A stretch of 60,076 nt of DNA, counting the filler, from Chloroflexota bacterium (GTDB lineage: Bacteria; Chloroflexota; Chloroflexia; QHBQ01): assembly GCA_043754535.1 (NCBI GenBank). It is 2 parts of 2 records of this genome, joined end to end, with 100 filler letters (N's around TTAATTAATTAA, not from the genome) between each part and the next. Parts side by side here need not be neighbours in the genome. Positions count along the whole stretch, not along the records: positions 1 to 30,180 come from JAYUUN010000098.1; 1 more part is not named here. One strand, written 5' to 3'. Positions within the stretch are counted from its first letter, which is position 1. Each line of letters begins with the position of its first letter. This document shows positions 8,658 through 17,512 of this stretch, piece by piece. Position numbers and translations under genes: made by a program. The notes beneath the pieces were generated by a model that saw only the letters and a program-made list of their open reading frames with translations, did not search any database and was not told the origin of the DNA.

Positions 8658-8927
8658 ATGCTAGAGAAGTTTGTTGAAGAAGTGCAATTCCAGGCTGGTC
8701 TCGACCGCCCGACGGCGGAGAAGATCGCCAATATCATGGTCGGCTTCTTGCAGAAGAACCTATCGCCCAGCGAGTTTGACACTGTGCGGCGCAAGGTGCT
8801 GGGTTCGGCCAACTGGCAAAACCGCCCGCGCACCGGCTATGTTGGCTATACTGGCTATACCAATGCGATTGGCATTGACCCCAACGCTCTACCCGAACCC
8901 CAGGGCGAGAACCGCAACAAGCGGTAG
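8658..8927 (+). CDS. Hypothetical protein (89 aa; N-terminus weakly DUF2267-like)
   Basis: AAAGGAGG RBS and an upstream promoter; FVEEVQFQAGLDRPTAEK pattern. Confidence 0.7.
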   Translation: MLEKFVEEVQFQAGLDRPTAEKIANIMVGFLQKNLSPSEFDTVRRKVLGSANWQNRPRTGYVGYTGYTNAIGIDPNALPEPQGENRNKR

Positions 8928-9031
8928 CTAACCCCAGGGCTGACGAAAGCGGGCAGACTGTCTCTCCTAATATGCACCTTTGCGTAGCATAGTGGAAGCA
9001 ATCCGCCCGCTCATCTTTTTGCTCCAACCAC

Positions 9032-9940
9032 TCAGTGGACGGTCATATCGCCCTCAGCGATCATCATGTTGGAAGGCTGGCTGCTCTTGCCCACCTCCCA
9101 GGTGATCACCAGGCCGCTGTAGTTGGCGATCTGGCGGTCAGCATGGGTCATAATGCTGCCACCATCGGCACTTAGCTCGACTGGGCCGAGGTTGACGTAA
9201 GTGTTGTCCATGCGCGCCCACAGTTGGCAGCTACCCCCCTTCTGGGCTGGTGGCTGAAAGTTGCTGAGGACGACATAGAGGCTATGCTTGTTTGGCACAT
9301 AGTAGGCACGCACCACAGTGTTCGGCTCCTTCATCGGCTTGAGCGAAACCATCTGCACGTCGCGTTCGGAGAGCAGGGCAGCGATCTCCCCCTTCTGGCG
9401 GTCGATCTCGCTCATTTGTGCTGCGGCAGTGGCGGCAGCTCGCCCGCTGGCTTGCTGGCTAGCAACGATGCGCTCGTTCAACTGGCTAGCCACGTTCGCC
9501 CCCCAACCAACGCTAGCGAGGTTGACTAGCAGGAGCAAGACCACGGCGGCCCAGGCAAGACGAGGGCTAGCAAGCAGGGCAGTCAGCCGCTGCCCCGCCG
9601 GTGTTGGGGCTGTTGGCAGTAGGCGGACAGGTGGCTGGTAGCTGCTGCTGCGGTCGGCACTACCATTACGAGCCAGGTGGCCGGGTTGCTGCGCTGTGGA
9701 GAGGGCGGCTGGCTGGCTAGTGGTGGCGAAGGAGAGGACGCGGGCGCGCATGGCGGGGTCAAGCTCTGGGGCAGTTAGGGCAAAGGGCAGGGCGGCAACC
9801 ACTGGTTGCCAGAGGTCGGCGTACTCAGCGGCAAGATCGGGGCAGGCAGCTAGCCCGCGCTCGAAGGTAGCGGCCTCGGCTGGGGGCAATGTCCCCATTG
9901 CGTAATCGGCGATCTTCTGCTCTAGCTCGTCGCAGTTCAT
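9032..9940 (-). CDS. Anti-sigma factor, RskA-like
   Basis: N-terminal YAMGTL..AE...FE..L..CP segment, a TM helix, and C-terminal CQLW...LG...ITWE...SSQPS. Overlaps the sigma gene stop by 4 bp. Confidence 0.85.
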   Translation of the reverse strand: MNCDELEQKIADYAMGTLPPAEAATFERGLAACPDLAAEYADLWQPVVAALPFALTAPELDPAMRARVLSFATTSQPAALSTAQQPGHLARNGSADRSSSYQPPVRLLPTAPTPAGQRLTALLASPRLAWAAVVLLLLVNLASVGWGANVASQLNERIVASQQASGRAAATAAAQMSEIDRQKGEIAALLSERDVQMVSLKPMKEPNTVVRAYYVPNKHSLYVVLSNFQPPAQKGGSCQLWARMDNTYVNLGPVELSADGGSIMTHADRQIANYSGLVITWEVGKSSQPSNMMIAEGDMTVH

Positions 9941-10533
9941 GATTCTCTGTGCAAACCCTTCTCGGCAAGGCTGGCGCGCAGCTTCTGCATTGCCAACCGG
10001 GTGCGCGTCTTGACTGTCCCTAGCGGCTCGCCCAACTTCGCCGCGATCTCAACCTGCGTCAGGCCAACGTAGTAGGCCAGTTCAATCACCAGCCGCTGTG
10101 CCTCTGGTAGCTCCTGCAATGCTTGCTTGATGATCGCTGCCTGTGCGCTGTGCCAGGCGAGGGTAGCGGGGTCGGCGGAGTCGTCCACCACTTGCTGAGC
10201 GGGGTGGACTTCCTCCTCATCGTGCAGATCGAGAGGGATGGCGGTGTCGTAGTTGCGCTCCTTCTGCAAGAGATCAATCGCCTGGTTGTGGGTCACGCTC
10301 AAAATCCAGTTGATCAGGCTACCACGTTCTGGGTTGTAGCTGGCAGGCTTGCGCCAGAGCTTGGCAAAAACCTCCTGCACCACCTCCTCGGCCCGCTCTC
10401 TGCGGCCCATGATCCGCAAGGCAAGAGCGTACACGGGCCGGGCGAAGCGGTCGTAAAGCGTGCCGAGGGCGGCCTGGTCGCGGGCAACTACCCGCTCGAT
10501 CAACTCCCGATCCGACAGGGTGTGGTAGTCCAT
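9937..10533 (-). CDS. ECF sigma factor, SigK-like
   Basis: DQAALGTLYDRF, AEEVVQEVF, YNPERGS..NW, LAYYVGLTQVEIA and PLGTVKTRTR. Start is ATG 10533 or TTG 10545. Confidence 0.92.
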   Translation of the reverse strand: MDYHTLSDRELIERVVARDQAALGTLYDRFARPVYALALRIMGRRERAEEVVQEVFAKLWRKPASYNPERGSLINWILSVTHNQAIDLLQKERNYDTAIPLDLHDEEEVHPAQQVVDDSADPATLAWHSAQAAIIKQALQELPEAQRLVIELAYYVGLTQVEIAAKLGEPLGTVKTRTRLAMQKLRASLAEKGLHRES

Positions 10534-10574
10534 CTCGTCCTTCAAGCGGGAGCCGCCTGCTCACTCACCATCTT

Positions 10575-10600
10575 TACGTTCGCTAGCCGCTGGCTGGATT
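10575..10600 (-). promoter_or_regulatory. Possible autoregulatory ECF promoter AATCC-N17-CGTA
   Basis: Read on the minus strand between the yraN stop and the sigma gene. It resembles ATCC..CG(A/T)A SigK-type promoters (inference). Confidence 0.4.
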
Positions 10601-10989
10601 TACTCATCTACTTCACCGACCGCATCACGGTAGAGGCTGAAGCGTGGCTGGCTGCCAACCAACTGCACCGCCAGCACATCAATGCGCCAGGCACATTCGC
10701 TATCGGCAGGGTGCGCGTCCAGGTAGGCGTAGGCCAGGGTCGCCAGTTTGCGCTGCTTGGCCGGACCGACACTCTCCTCAGCCAGCCCCGCTGCGCCGCT
10801 GCCGCGCCGGGTGCGGACTTCGACGAAGACGAGCGTTCCACCCTCCTCGGCCACGATGTCCAGTTCGCCAACGTTGCTGTACCGCCAGTTGCGTTCGCGT
10901 ACCTGGTAGCCCTGGGTAACCAGGTAGCTGGCAGCCAGCCGCTCCCCCTCGTCACCGACCTGTTTGGTACCCCTCTTGCTGTCTGTCAT
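10600..10989 (-). CDS. yraN: YraN family (UPF0102) PD-(D/E)xK-like protein
   Basis: G..GERLAA.YL...GY....RNWR...GELDIVA....LVFVEVRTR...RIDVLAV. Confidence 0.92.
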   Translation of the reverse strand: MTDSKRGTKQVGDEGERLAASYLVTQGYQVRERNWRYSNVGELDIVAEEGGTLVFVEVRTRRGSGAAGLAEESVGPAKQRKLATLAYAYLDAHPADSECAWRIDVLAVQLVGSQPRFSLYRDAVGEVDE

Positions 10990-10991
10990 GC

Positions 10992-11020
10992 TTGACCCCG
11001 CTGGCTGGCTGGCGTATAGT
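10992..11020 (+). promoter_or_regulatory. Sigma70-type promoter TTGACC-N17-TATAGT
   Basis: Near-consensus boxes with 17-bp spacing upstream of the ATG at 11066. Confidence 0.55.
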
Positions 11021-11065
11021 ACGTGTCAGCTATTATACACTATTCATTGGGCGAGGAGGAACGCG

Positions 11066-11326
11066 ATGACTACCGAGCGCGACAGCTATGAGACGATGGT
11101 GCTGCTGGATGAACTGGAGAGTCTGCGTGAGCAACTGGAGGAGATTGGGGTGAGCAGCCGCACGGAGGCCGAGGCACGGCTGGCGGCCTACCCTGACGAG
11201 GCTGCGATCAGCGAGGTGCTAGACCTGATGGAGGAGCTTGGCGTAGAGGATTTGGCCGCCCTCAACGCCCGCCTGAACGACCTGCACGTGACGATGGATC
11301 AGGATGAGGATGTGGAGGAGGTCTAG
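11066..11326 (+). CDS. Hypothetical acidic helical protein (86 aa)
   Basis: GAGGAGG RBS before the ATG at 11066; MTTERDSYETMVLLDELESLREQLEE... Confidence 0.75.
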   Translation: MTTERDSYETMVLLDELESLREQLEEIGVSSRTEAEARLAAYPDEAAISEVLDLMEELGVEDLAALNARLNDLHVTMDQDEDVEEV

Positions 11327-11341
11327 GCGGTAAGTACTCAC

Positions 11342-11866
11342 CTACGGTAGGCGTAGCACCTCAGCGGCGACAAACTGCCCGCTGTCGAAGGCTAGCCGCA
11401 CCCCTTCGCAGTAGTCGCAGTAATCACCCCAGGCCGCGAAGTCGATCTCTGGCACGGAGGCTACTGCACCAAGCTCGACCACCCCACCGTGCGCGATAAC
11501 GAGGGCGGTGCTACCCTCCGGCATGGTTCCAGCGACTGAGCGCAGGTAGGCGGTCAGCTTCAGAGCGTAGATTGCCGCCGCCCCGCCAGCCCGTACTGCT
11601 GCCGCGTAGCCCGCAAAATCGGTGTCGCCAAACGGTACCTCGGCCTCTGCCAAGCTGCCGTAGGTATTGAGTAGCTGGCTTTGCTCGTCTACCGCGAAGC
11701 CCATCGCCAGGGCTGTTTCAAAGGCACGAGCGATCTTGCTGGTGATCACCAGAGCGAAGGGGCCAAGCTGCTCACCCACCCTGCGGGCCAGGGTCACCCC
11801 TGGTTGGGAGAGGTGATCACCTGGTTTGACGCGCATGGTGTGGCGGCGCATTTCTACATAGCGCAC
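11342..11866 (-). CDS. Histidine phosphatase (phosphoglycerate mutase-like) family protein
   Basis: RRHT (RHG variant), LS..G...A, ITS...RAFETA and LVIAHGG. Confidence 0.8.
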   Translation of the reverse strand: MRYVEMRRHTMRVKPGDHLSQPGVTLARRVGEQLGPFALVITSKIARAFETALAMGFAVDEQSQLLNTYGSLAEAEVPFGDTDFAGYAAAVRAGGAAAIYALKLTAYLRSVAGTMPEGSTALVIAHGGVVELGAVASVPEIDFAAWGDYCDYCEGVRLAFDSGQFVAAEVLRLP

Positions 11867-12642
11867 TAGTCCTCTCCCAGGTACGCCTTACGCACCATCT
11901 CGCTCTTGAGCAGGTTCGCGCCACTATCTTCCAGCACGATGTTGCCGGTCTGGATTACATAGCCGCGGTGGGAGATAGAGAGGGCTTGCAGAGCGTTCTG
12001 CTCGACCAGCAGGATCGTAGTACCCTGCTTGTTGATGTCGGTGATGATCTGGAAAATCTGCTGGATCAGGATCGGGGAGAGGCCCATGCTCGGCTCATCC
12101 AGTAGCAGCAGCCGTGGGCGCGACATGAGGGCGCGGCTGATCGCCAACATCTGTTGCTCGCCGCCTGACATGGTGCCACTTTTCTGTTCCAGCCGTTCGC
12201 GCAGGCGCGGAAAGAGGTTCAGCACCCGCTCGGTGTCCTCGGCGATGTTCTCGCGGTCGCTGCGGCTGAACGCGCCCATCTCCAGGTTCTCGCGTACTGT
12301 CATGCGGCTAAAAACGCGCCGACCCTCTGGCGACTGCGATACGCCCAGGCGCACGATTTGCTCTGGGGGGGTGCGTTCGATGCGCTTGCCGTTGAGGGTG
12401 ATCGCGCCGCGCCTGGGCGGGGTGATGCCAGAGATGGTGCGGAGCGTGGTCGTCTTGCCCGCCCCGTTACCACCGATCAGGGTAACGATCTCGCCGGGGT
12501 AGATGGTGAGCGAAATATTGGCAAGGGCGCGGATGTTACCGTAGTAGGTCTCAATGCCGTCTACTATCAGCATTGGCTCGCCCCTTGGCTTCGCCACGTC
12601 CTTCGCCTGCCCACTGTATGCGCTGCCAGGTTGTTGCTGCAT
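11866..12642 (-). CDS. livF: Branched-chain amino acid ABC transporter ATPase LivF
   Basis: GGNGAGKTT, PEGRRVF, MSGGEQQMLAI and LLDEPSMGL. Confidence 0.93.
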   Translation of the reverse strand: MQQQPGSAYSGQAKDVAKPRGEPMLIVDGIETYYGNIRALANISLTIYPGEIVTLIGGNGAGKTTTLRTISGITPPRRGAITLNGKRIERTPPEQIVRLGVSQSPEGRRVFSRMTVRENLEMGAFSRSDRENIAEDTERVLNLFPRLRERLEQKSGTMSGGEQQMLAISRALMSRPRLLLLDEPSMGLSPILIQQIFQIITDINKQGTTILLVEQNALQALSISHRGYVIQTGNIVLEDSGANLLKSEMVRKAYLGED

Positions 12643-12656
12643 CGTATTTTGTCCTC

Positions 12657-13469
12657 TTAGCCAGCCGTATCCACTGCCACGTCCGGGTTGATTGGTTTGC
12701 TGTTGGTCTGGCCCTTGCCCAGGTAGGCTTCGATCACCCGCGTGTTGTTGCGTACCTCGTCGGGCGAACCCTCGGCGATTTTCACCCCGTAGTCCAACAC
12801 CGACACGCGGTCGGAGATGCCCATTACCACCTTCATGTCGTGTTCGATCAAGAGGATGCTGAGACCGCGCTCACTGCGGAGCTTGCTAATGAAGTCGGTC
12901 ATCTCGCGCGTCTCGTTGGGGTTCATGCCCGCCGTCGGCTCATCCAGCAGCAGCAGCTTTGGGGTGCTGGCGAGGGCGCGGGCGATCTCCAACCTGCGCT
13001 GGTCGCCATAAGGTAGGTTCTTGGCGTACTCGTCTTCTTGCCCGCCGAGGCCAACAAAGTCGAGCAGTTCGAGGCCACGCTCGGCCACGCTGCGCTCCTC
13101 ACGCATTGCGCTGGGGGTTCGCAGGATAGCCCCGATCAGCCCGGTTCGCATTCGGCTGTGGGTGCCGACCATCACATTCTCCAGCGCGGTCATGTTGGCA
13201 AAGAGGCGGATGTTCTGGAAGGTGCGGGCGATGCCTAGTTCGGTGATCTTGCTGGGGTTGCCGCCCCCGATGTTGTGGCCGTCAAAGATGATAGCCCCGG
13301 TCGTCGGCTTGTAGAGGCCAGTGATGATGTTGAACAAAGTCGTCTTGCCTGCACCGTTCGGCCCGATCAGGCTGACGATAGCCCCCTGTGGGATGTCAAA
13401 GTCAACCTTGTTGACAGCAGTAAGGCCGCCGAATTGCTTGGTTACTTTGCTTGCTTCAAGTAGTGCCAT
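12657..13469 (-). CDS. livG: Branched-chain amino acid ABC transporter ATPase LivG
   Basis: FGGLTAV, GPNGAGKTT, ARTFQNIRLF, LPYGDQRRLEIARAL and IEHDM. Confidence 0.93.
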   Translation of the reverse strand: MALLEASKVTKQFGGLTAVNKVDFDIPQGAIVSLIGPNGAGKTTLFNIITGLYKPTTGAIIFDGHNIGGGNPSKITELGIARTFQNIRLFANMTALENVMVGTHSRMRTGLIGAILRTPSAMREERSVAERGLELLDFVGLGGQEDEYAKNLPYGDQRRLEIARALASTPKLLLLDEPTAGMNPNETREMTDFISKLRSERGLSILLIEHDMKVVMGISDRVSVLDYGVKIAEGSPDEVRNNTRVIEAYLGKGQTNSKPINPDVAVDTAG

Positions 13470-14860
13470 CAGCGGTCATTCCTCTCGGTCGGCTGCTCCT
13501 CGGTCTGCACGTCGTAGAGGCTCTCGCGCTCGGCGGTGGCGACCGGATTCGCCCGCTCTGCCTCGTCGCTGCCGCGCCCCGCTGCCCCGGCCACTAGCGC
13601 ACGTGGTTCGCCAGTCTCACCGCGCAGTTCGGCTTTGCGCCGCGCACTGGGGATCAGTCCCTCAGGCCGCACGATCATCAGCACTACAAGGATGATGCCG
13701 TAAATCATAAACTTGAGACCTGACCAGTCCGTTTTCGCCAGGAACTCAATCTTGTTGTCCGTTCCCAGCTTGTTGAGGGCGTTAGGCAGGTTGATCAGGA
13801 AGATGGTCTGGGTAAGATAGAGGATCAGCGCACCGACGATCACGCCGTAGATGTTGCCGATGCCGCCGAGGATCACCATGCAGAGGATGAAGACCGAGGT
13901 GTTGAAGTCGAAGCTGTTTGGCCCAACCAGGCTCAGTTTCGCGCCGAACATCACGCCCGCGACTCCAGCCAGGGCTGCACCGCTGGCGAAGGCGAGCAGC
14001 TTGGTCTTAACCGTGTCGATACCCATCGCGGCTGCCGCTATCTCGTCCTCGCGGATCGCCATCCAGGCGCGACCGAGGCGCGAGGAGCGCATATTGCTGA
14101 CCGCAATTACCAGTAGCACGACGATGCCGATGTAGAGGAAGTAGTATGGTTCTGGGTTGAGGTTGTTCAGGCGACAGCCGCCAGTCAGCGGGTTGGGGTT
14201 CATCTTGAGGTTGCGACAGATGCCGCTGCCGAGGCCGAAGGTGGCAATCCCCGGTTTGTCCACCCCACTGATGCCGTCCACCCCGCCGGTCAGGTTGATC
14301 GAGGTATCGCCTATCTTGATGTTGCCGAGGTTGAGGAAGACGGCTGGCACGATCTCGCCGAAGCCGAGGGTGACGATTGCCAGGTAGTCACCGCGCAGTC
14401 GCAAGGTAGGTGAGCCGAGTAGCGCGCCGAAGAAGGCCGAGACGGCAGCGGCGATGAACAGCACCAGCCAGAACGACAAGTGAATCTGTATCTTGCCGCC
14501 AGTTAGCTGGGCTAGGTGGCCGCTGGCGAGGAAGGCGTAGGTGTAGGCACCAAAGGCGAAGAAGGCAGCGTAGCCCAGGTCGAGCAGCCCCGCGAAACCG
14601 ACCACGATGTTGAGGCCGATGGCGAGGATCACGTACTGGGCAGCGTCGGCCATGGTGCCGATTAGCACCGGCGGCTCAACGAATATCGCCTTCATGTTCC
14701 AGGCAGTCAGGTTATCCTTGTTGTAAATAAAGGGGAGAGCGATCAGCACGGCAAGGGCGATCAGGCCGCCGATGATCTGGCCTCTGGTAAAGCTGCCCTC
14801 CAAGACGCGCCGCATGGTGCGCCCCTGGGTGGGGGTAGCCGGGGTTTTGGTTGCTTGCAT
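13469..14860 (-). CDS. livM: Branched-chain amino acid ABC transporter permease LivM
   Basis: GLNIVVGFAGLLDLGY, LRLRGDYLAIVTLGFGEI, GRAWMAIREDE and RPEGL. Confidence 0.93.
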   Translation of the reverse strand: MQATKTPATPTQGRTMRRVLEGSFTRGQIIGGLIALAVLIALPFIYNKDNLTAWNMKAIFVEPPVLIGTMADAAQYVILAIGLNIVVGFAGLLDLGYAAFFAFGAYTYAFLASGHLAQLTGGKIQIHLSFWLVLFIAAAVSAFFGALLGSPTLRLRGDYLAIVTLGFGEIVPAVFLNLGNIKIGDTSINLTGGVDGISGVDKPGIATFGLGSGICRNLKMNPNPLTGGCRLNNLNPEPYYFLYIGIVVLLVIAVSNMRSSRLGRAWMAIREDEIAAAAMGIDTVKTKLLAFASGAALAGVAGVMFGAKLSLVGPNSFDFNTSVFILCMVILGGIGNIYGVIVGALILYLTQTIFLINLPNALNKLGTDNKIEFLAKTDWSGLKFMIYGIILVVLMIVRPEGLIPSARRKAELRGETGEPRALVAGAAGRGSDEAERANPVATAERESLYDVQTEEQPTERNDR

Positions 14861-14868
14861 CTGCCTGC

Positions 14869-15813
14869 CTACGCTTTCTCAGGAACTTGCTGGCCCAGCA
14901 GCCCAGAGGGGCGCAGTGTCAGGATCAAGATCAGTACGCCAAAGACAACGACCGGAGTCCAGGCGGTGGAGATGTACTGGTCGCTAATCGCCTCGATCAG
15001 GCCGATCAGGAAGCCGCCGAGCATTGCCCCTGGTATGTTGCCGATCCCGCCAAGCACGGCAGCGGTGAATGCCTTGAGGCCTGCCTGATAGCCCTGCACA
15101 AACTGCATACTATGCACCTGCATCCCGTAGATCAGCCCGGCGGCCCCAGCTAGCATTGCGCCAATGAAGAAGGTGATGGTGATGGTCAGGTTGACGTTGA
15201 TGCCCATCAGCTTGCTGGTGTCGTAGTCCTGGGCGGTAGCCCGCATTGCCTTGCCCAGCTTGGTGCGCTGGATGAAGAACTGAAGGATTGCCATTAGCGT
15301 GATGCAGATCAATACCACGAAAATATCCTTCAAGCCAATCGTCACCCGACCAAAAAGGGTGAAGCTATTATTGGCAAAGACTTCGGGGTAGGGGACAGGG
15401 GCAGGGCCGTGCCAGATTTGGCCGACGTTCTGCAAGATGAAGGACATACCAATGGCCGAGATCAGGGCGGTGAGTTTGGGGGCGTTGCGGAGCGGGCGGT
15501 AGGCTACGCGCTCGACGACTACCCCGATCAGGCCGGTGATCAGCATGGCTAGTAGGATGGTAGCTAGCAGCACGAAGATCGTAGGGAGGATGCCGCCCTG
15601 TACCAACCCGGCTGGGTTGAGAGCCTGGCTGATTGCTACGCCGAAGAAGCCGAGGACTGCCAGGGCGATGAAGCCGCCGAGCATAAATATATCGCCGTGC
15701 GCGAAGTTGATCAGTTCAACGATACCGTAGACCATTGTATAGCCGAGGGCGATCAGGGCGTAAATCGAGCCTTTGACCAGCCCATTAAGTAGCTGTTGTA
15801 CCAGCAGATCCAT
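14869..15813 (-). CDS. livH: Branched-chain amino acid ABC transporter permease LivH
   Basis: MDLLVQQLLNGL..GSIYALIALGYTMVYG...INFAHGD and KAFTAAVLGGIG. ATG 15813 has a GGAGG RBS; the ORF-track extension to 16065 overlaps the binding-protein gene. Confidence 0.93.
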   Translation of the reverse strand: MDLLVQQLLNGLVKGSIYALIALGYTMVYGIVELINFAHGDIFMLGGFIALAVLGFFGVAISQALNPAGLVQGGILPTIFVLLATILLAMLITGLIGVVVERVAYRPLRNAPKLTALISAIGMSFILQNVGQIWHGPAPVPYPEVFANNSFTLFGRVTIGLKDIFVVLICITLMAILQFFIQRTKLGKAMRATAQDYDTSKLMGINVNLTITITFFIGAMLAGAAGLIYGMQVHSMQFVQGYQAGLKAFTAAVLGGIGNIPGAMLGGFLIGLIEAISDQYISTAWTPVVVFGVLILILTLRPSGLLGQQVPEKA

Positions 15814-15976
15814 CAGCAGCCTCCGCATTTTAGGGGGTTGGACTTGGAGGGTAACAGGTGGGGGTAGCAACCGGCTGGCTGCCGCCCCCTCCGTGTCTGG
15901 GGCGCACCACCTTGCGCCTCTGGGTAAGGAAGGCGGGGGATTTGGCCCCGCCTTTCGGCTCGCGTAGGAGGATGGT

Positions 15977-17371
15977 TTACTGTCCGCCGAACTTGATCTG
16001 GTCAATGAACTTGAACGCGCCACCCTCGATCTTGTAGATGCTGATGTACTTGTTGGTGGTGTCACCGTTCGCGTCGAAGCTGGTGCTGCCGGTTACGCCC
16101 TTGAAGTCCTTGGTGGCGGCGACAGCGGCCCGCACAGCCTCGCGGTTGCTAACCTGGTTGCCATCCTTCCACTTACTGGCCTTGGCCTTGATCGCAGCGA
16201 TGATGATGTTGGCCGCCTCGTAGCCGTTCGCGCTGTAGGAGCCAACGTTAGCGTTGAAGCGAGCCTTGTAGTTGGTGAGGAAGGCCTTGGCTTCGGGCAG
16301 CGTCTCTGCATTGACGGCGGCAACCGTGCCGTACACGCCAGTACTGTTATCGCCCGCGTCGTCAGCCATCTGCTGCTCCACGATCCCGTCGCCACCCATC
16401 AGCGGCACGTTTGCCATCTTGTCCTTCATCTGCTTACGAAACAGGCCAACCCCGTTGGAGGTGGTGCCGCCGTAGAAGACGAGGGCTGGATTGGTGGCCG
16501 CTACCTTCGGCACGATGGTGCCAAAGTCGGTCGTCCCCTTCGGCACGCCGTCATGACCTAGGATGGTGCCGCCCTTGCTCTTGAACTGCTTCTCAAAGTT
16601 GTCAGAGATACCCTTGCCGTAGGCTTCCTGGTCGTCCAGGATGTAGACGCTCTTTGCGCCCAGCTTGTCGAAGGCGTAGTTAGCGGCGGCTGGCCCCTGG
16701 ATATCGTCGGTGGTGCAGACGCGGAAGTAGGTAATGATCCCAGTTGGGCGGTAAGTGGTGGTCTCGCCAAACTCAGGCTTAGTCAGCTTCTCGTTGGTGT
16801 TCGAGGGGCTGATGTGGGCCACGTTCGCATCGTTCATGATCGGCATAATCGCACGGGCAACATTGGAGTTGAAGGGGCCGACCATGGCGATCACATCGTT
16901 GTCGGCAATGAAGGCCTGGGCGTTACTTGCGCCCTGCTGCGGGTTGTGAACACCGTTCACCGCATCATCGAGGGCGTACATCTCCAGCTTGTAGCCAGGG
17001 AGTACCTCACCTGCCTTGTTCGCTTCTTCAATGGCGAGTTGCACGCCGTTGCGGGTGGGGATACCATCGCTAGCATCTGCACCGCTGGTGGGCAGATCAA
17101 CTGCGATCTTGATTACGCCCTTGCTGCCCTTCTCACCAACGATCACTGGGGCTGCCGTTGGGGTCATCATGCTGGTGCTGGTCATTGCCATCGCGGGGGT
17201 GCTGGTCGCAGCGGCCATCATTGGGCTGTTGGTCGCAGCCATTGCCGGAGCCTTAGTGGCGGCGGTCACAGCAGTAGGGGCAGCAGCATTGTTACTGTCG
17301 CAGGCGGCCAGGGCCATGCTGATCATCAGCAAAGCTACCAGCAGCGAACCAGACTTGTGTAGAGATTTCAT
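15977..17371 (-). CDS. LivJ/LivK-type ABC substrate-binding lipoprotein (copy 2)
   Basis: Lipobox LAAC; VGPFNS, SPSNT, YFRVCTTDDIQG, YGKG and FDANGD. Confidence 0.92.
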   Translation of the reverse strand: MKSLHKSGSLLVALLMISMALAACDSNNAAAPTAVTAATKAPAMAATNSPMMAAATSTPAMAMTSTSMMTPTAAPVIVGEKGSKGVIKIAVDLPTSGADASDGIPTRNGVQLAIEEANKAGEVLPGYKLEMYALDDAVNGVHNPQQGASNAQAFIADNDVIAMVGPFNSNVARAIMPIMNDANVAHISPSNTNEKLTKPEFGETTTYRPTGIITYFRVCTTDDIQGPAAANYAFDKLGAKSVYILDDQEAYGKGISDNFEKQFKSKGGTILGHDGVPKGTTDFGTIVPKVAATNPALVFYGGTTSNGVGLFRKQMKDKMANVPLMGGDGIVEQQMADDAGDNSTGVYGTVAAVNAETLPEAKAFLTNYKARFNANVGSYSANGYEAANIIIAAIKAKASKWKDGNQVSNREAVRAAVAATKDFKGVTGSTSFDANGDTTNKYISIYKIEGGAFKFIDQIKFGGQ

Positions 17372-17468
17372 CCTTATTTGTTCCTTCCTTCTAACTACGA
17401 GGCTGTGGTCTTGGTTCTCCAGGCTTGCTCACTGGGGGTGGGCCAGCCGCCCTGGAAGCGGAAAGGGC

Positions 17469-17500
17469 TGGCCTGGCCCTCCTGATGGAGGGCCAGGCCA
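17469..17500. other. Strong intergenic hairpin between the two binding-protein genes (mRNA stabiliser or attenuator)
   Basis: Perfect 14-bp stem TGGCCTGGCCCTCC-TGAT-GGAGGGCCAGGCCA with no U-tract. Confidence 0.6.
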
Positions 17501-17512
17501 GGGTTAGGTAGC

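Noticed and set aside
15814..16065. 84-aa N-terminal extension of LivH in the ORF track
   Set aside because: It overlaps the binding-protein gene and crosses intergenic hairpins. ATG 15813 has an RBS and a typical LivH N-terminus.
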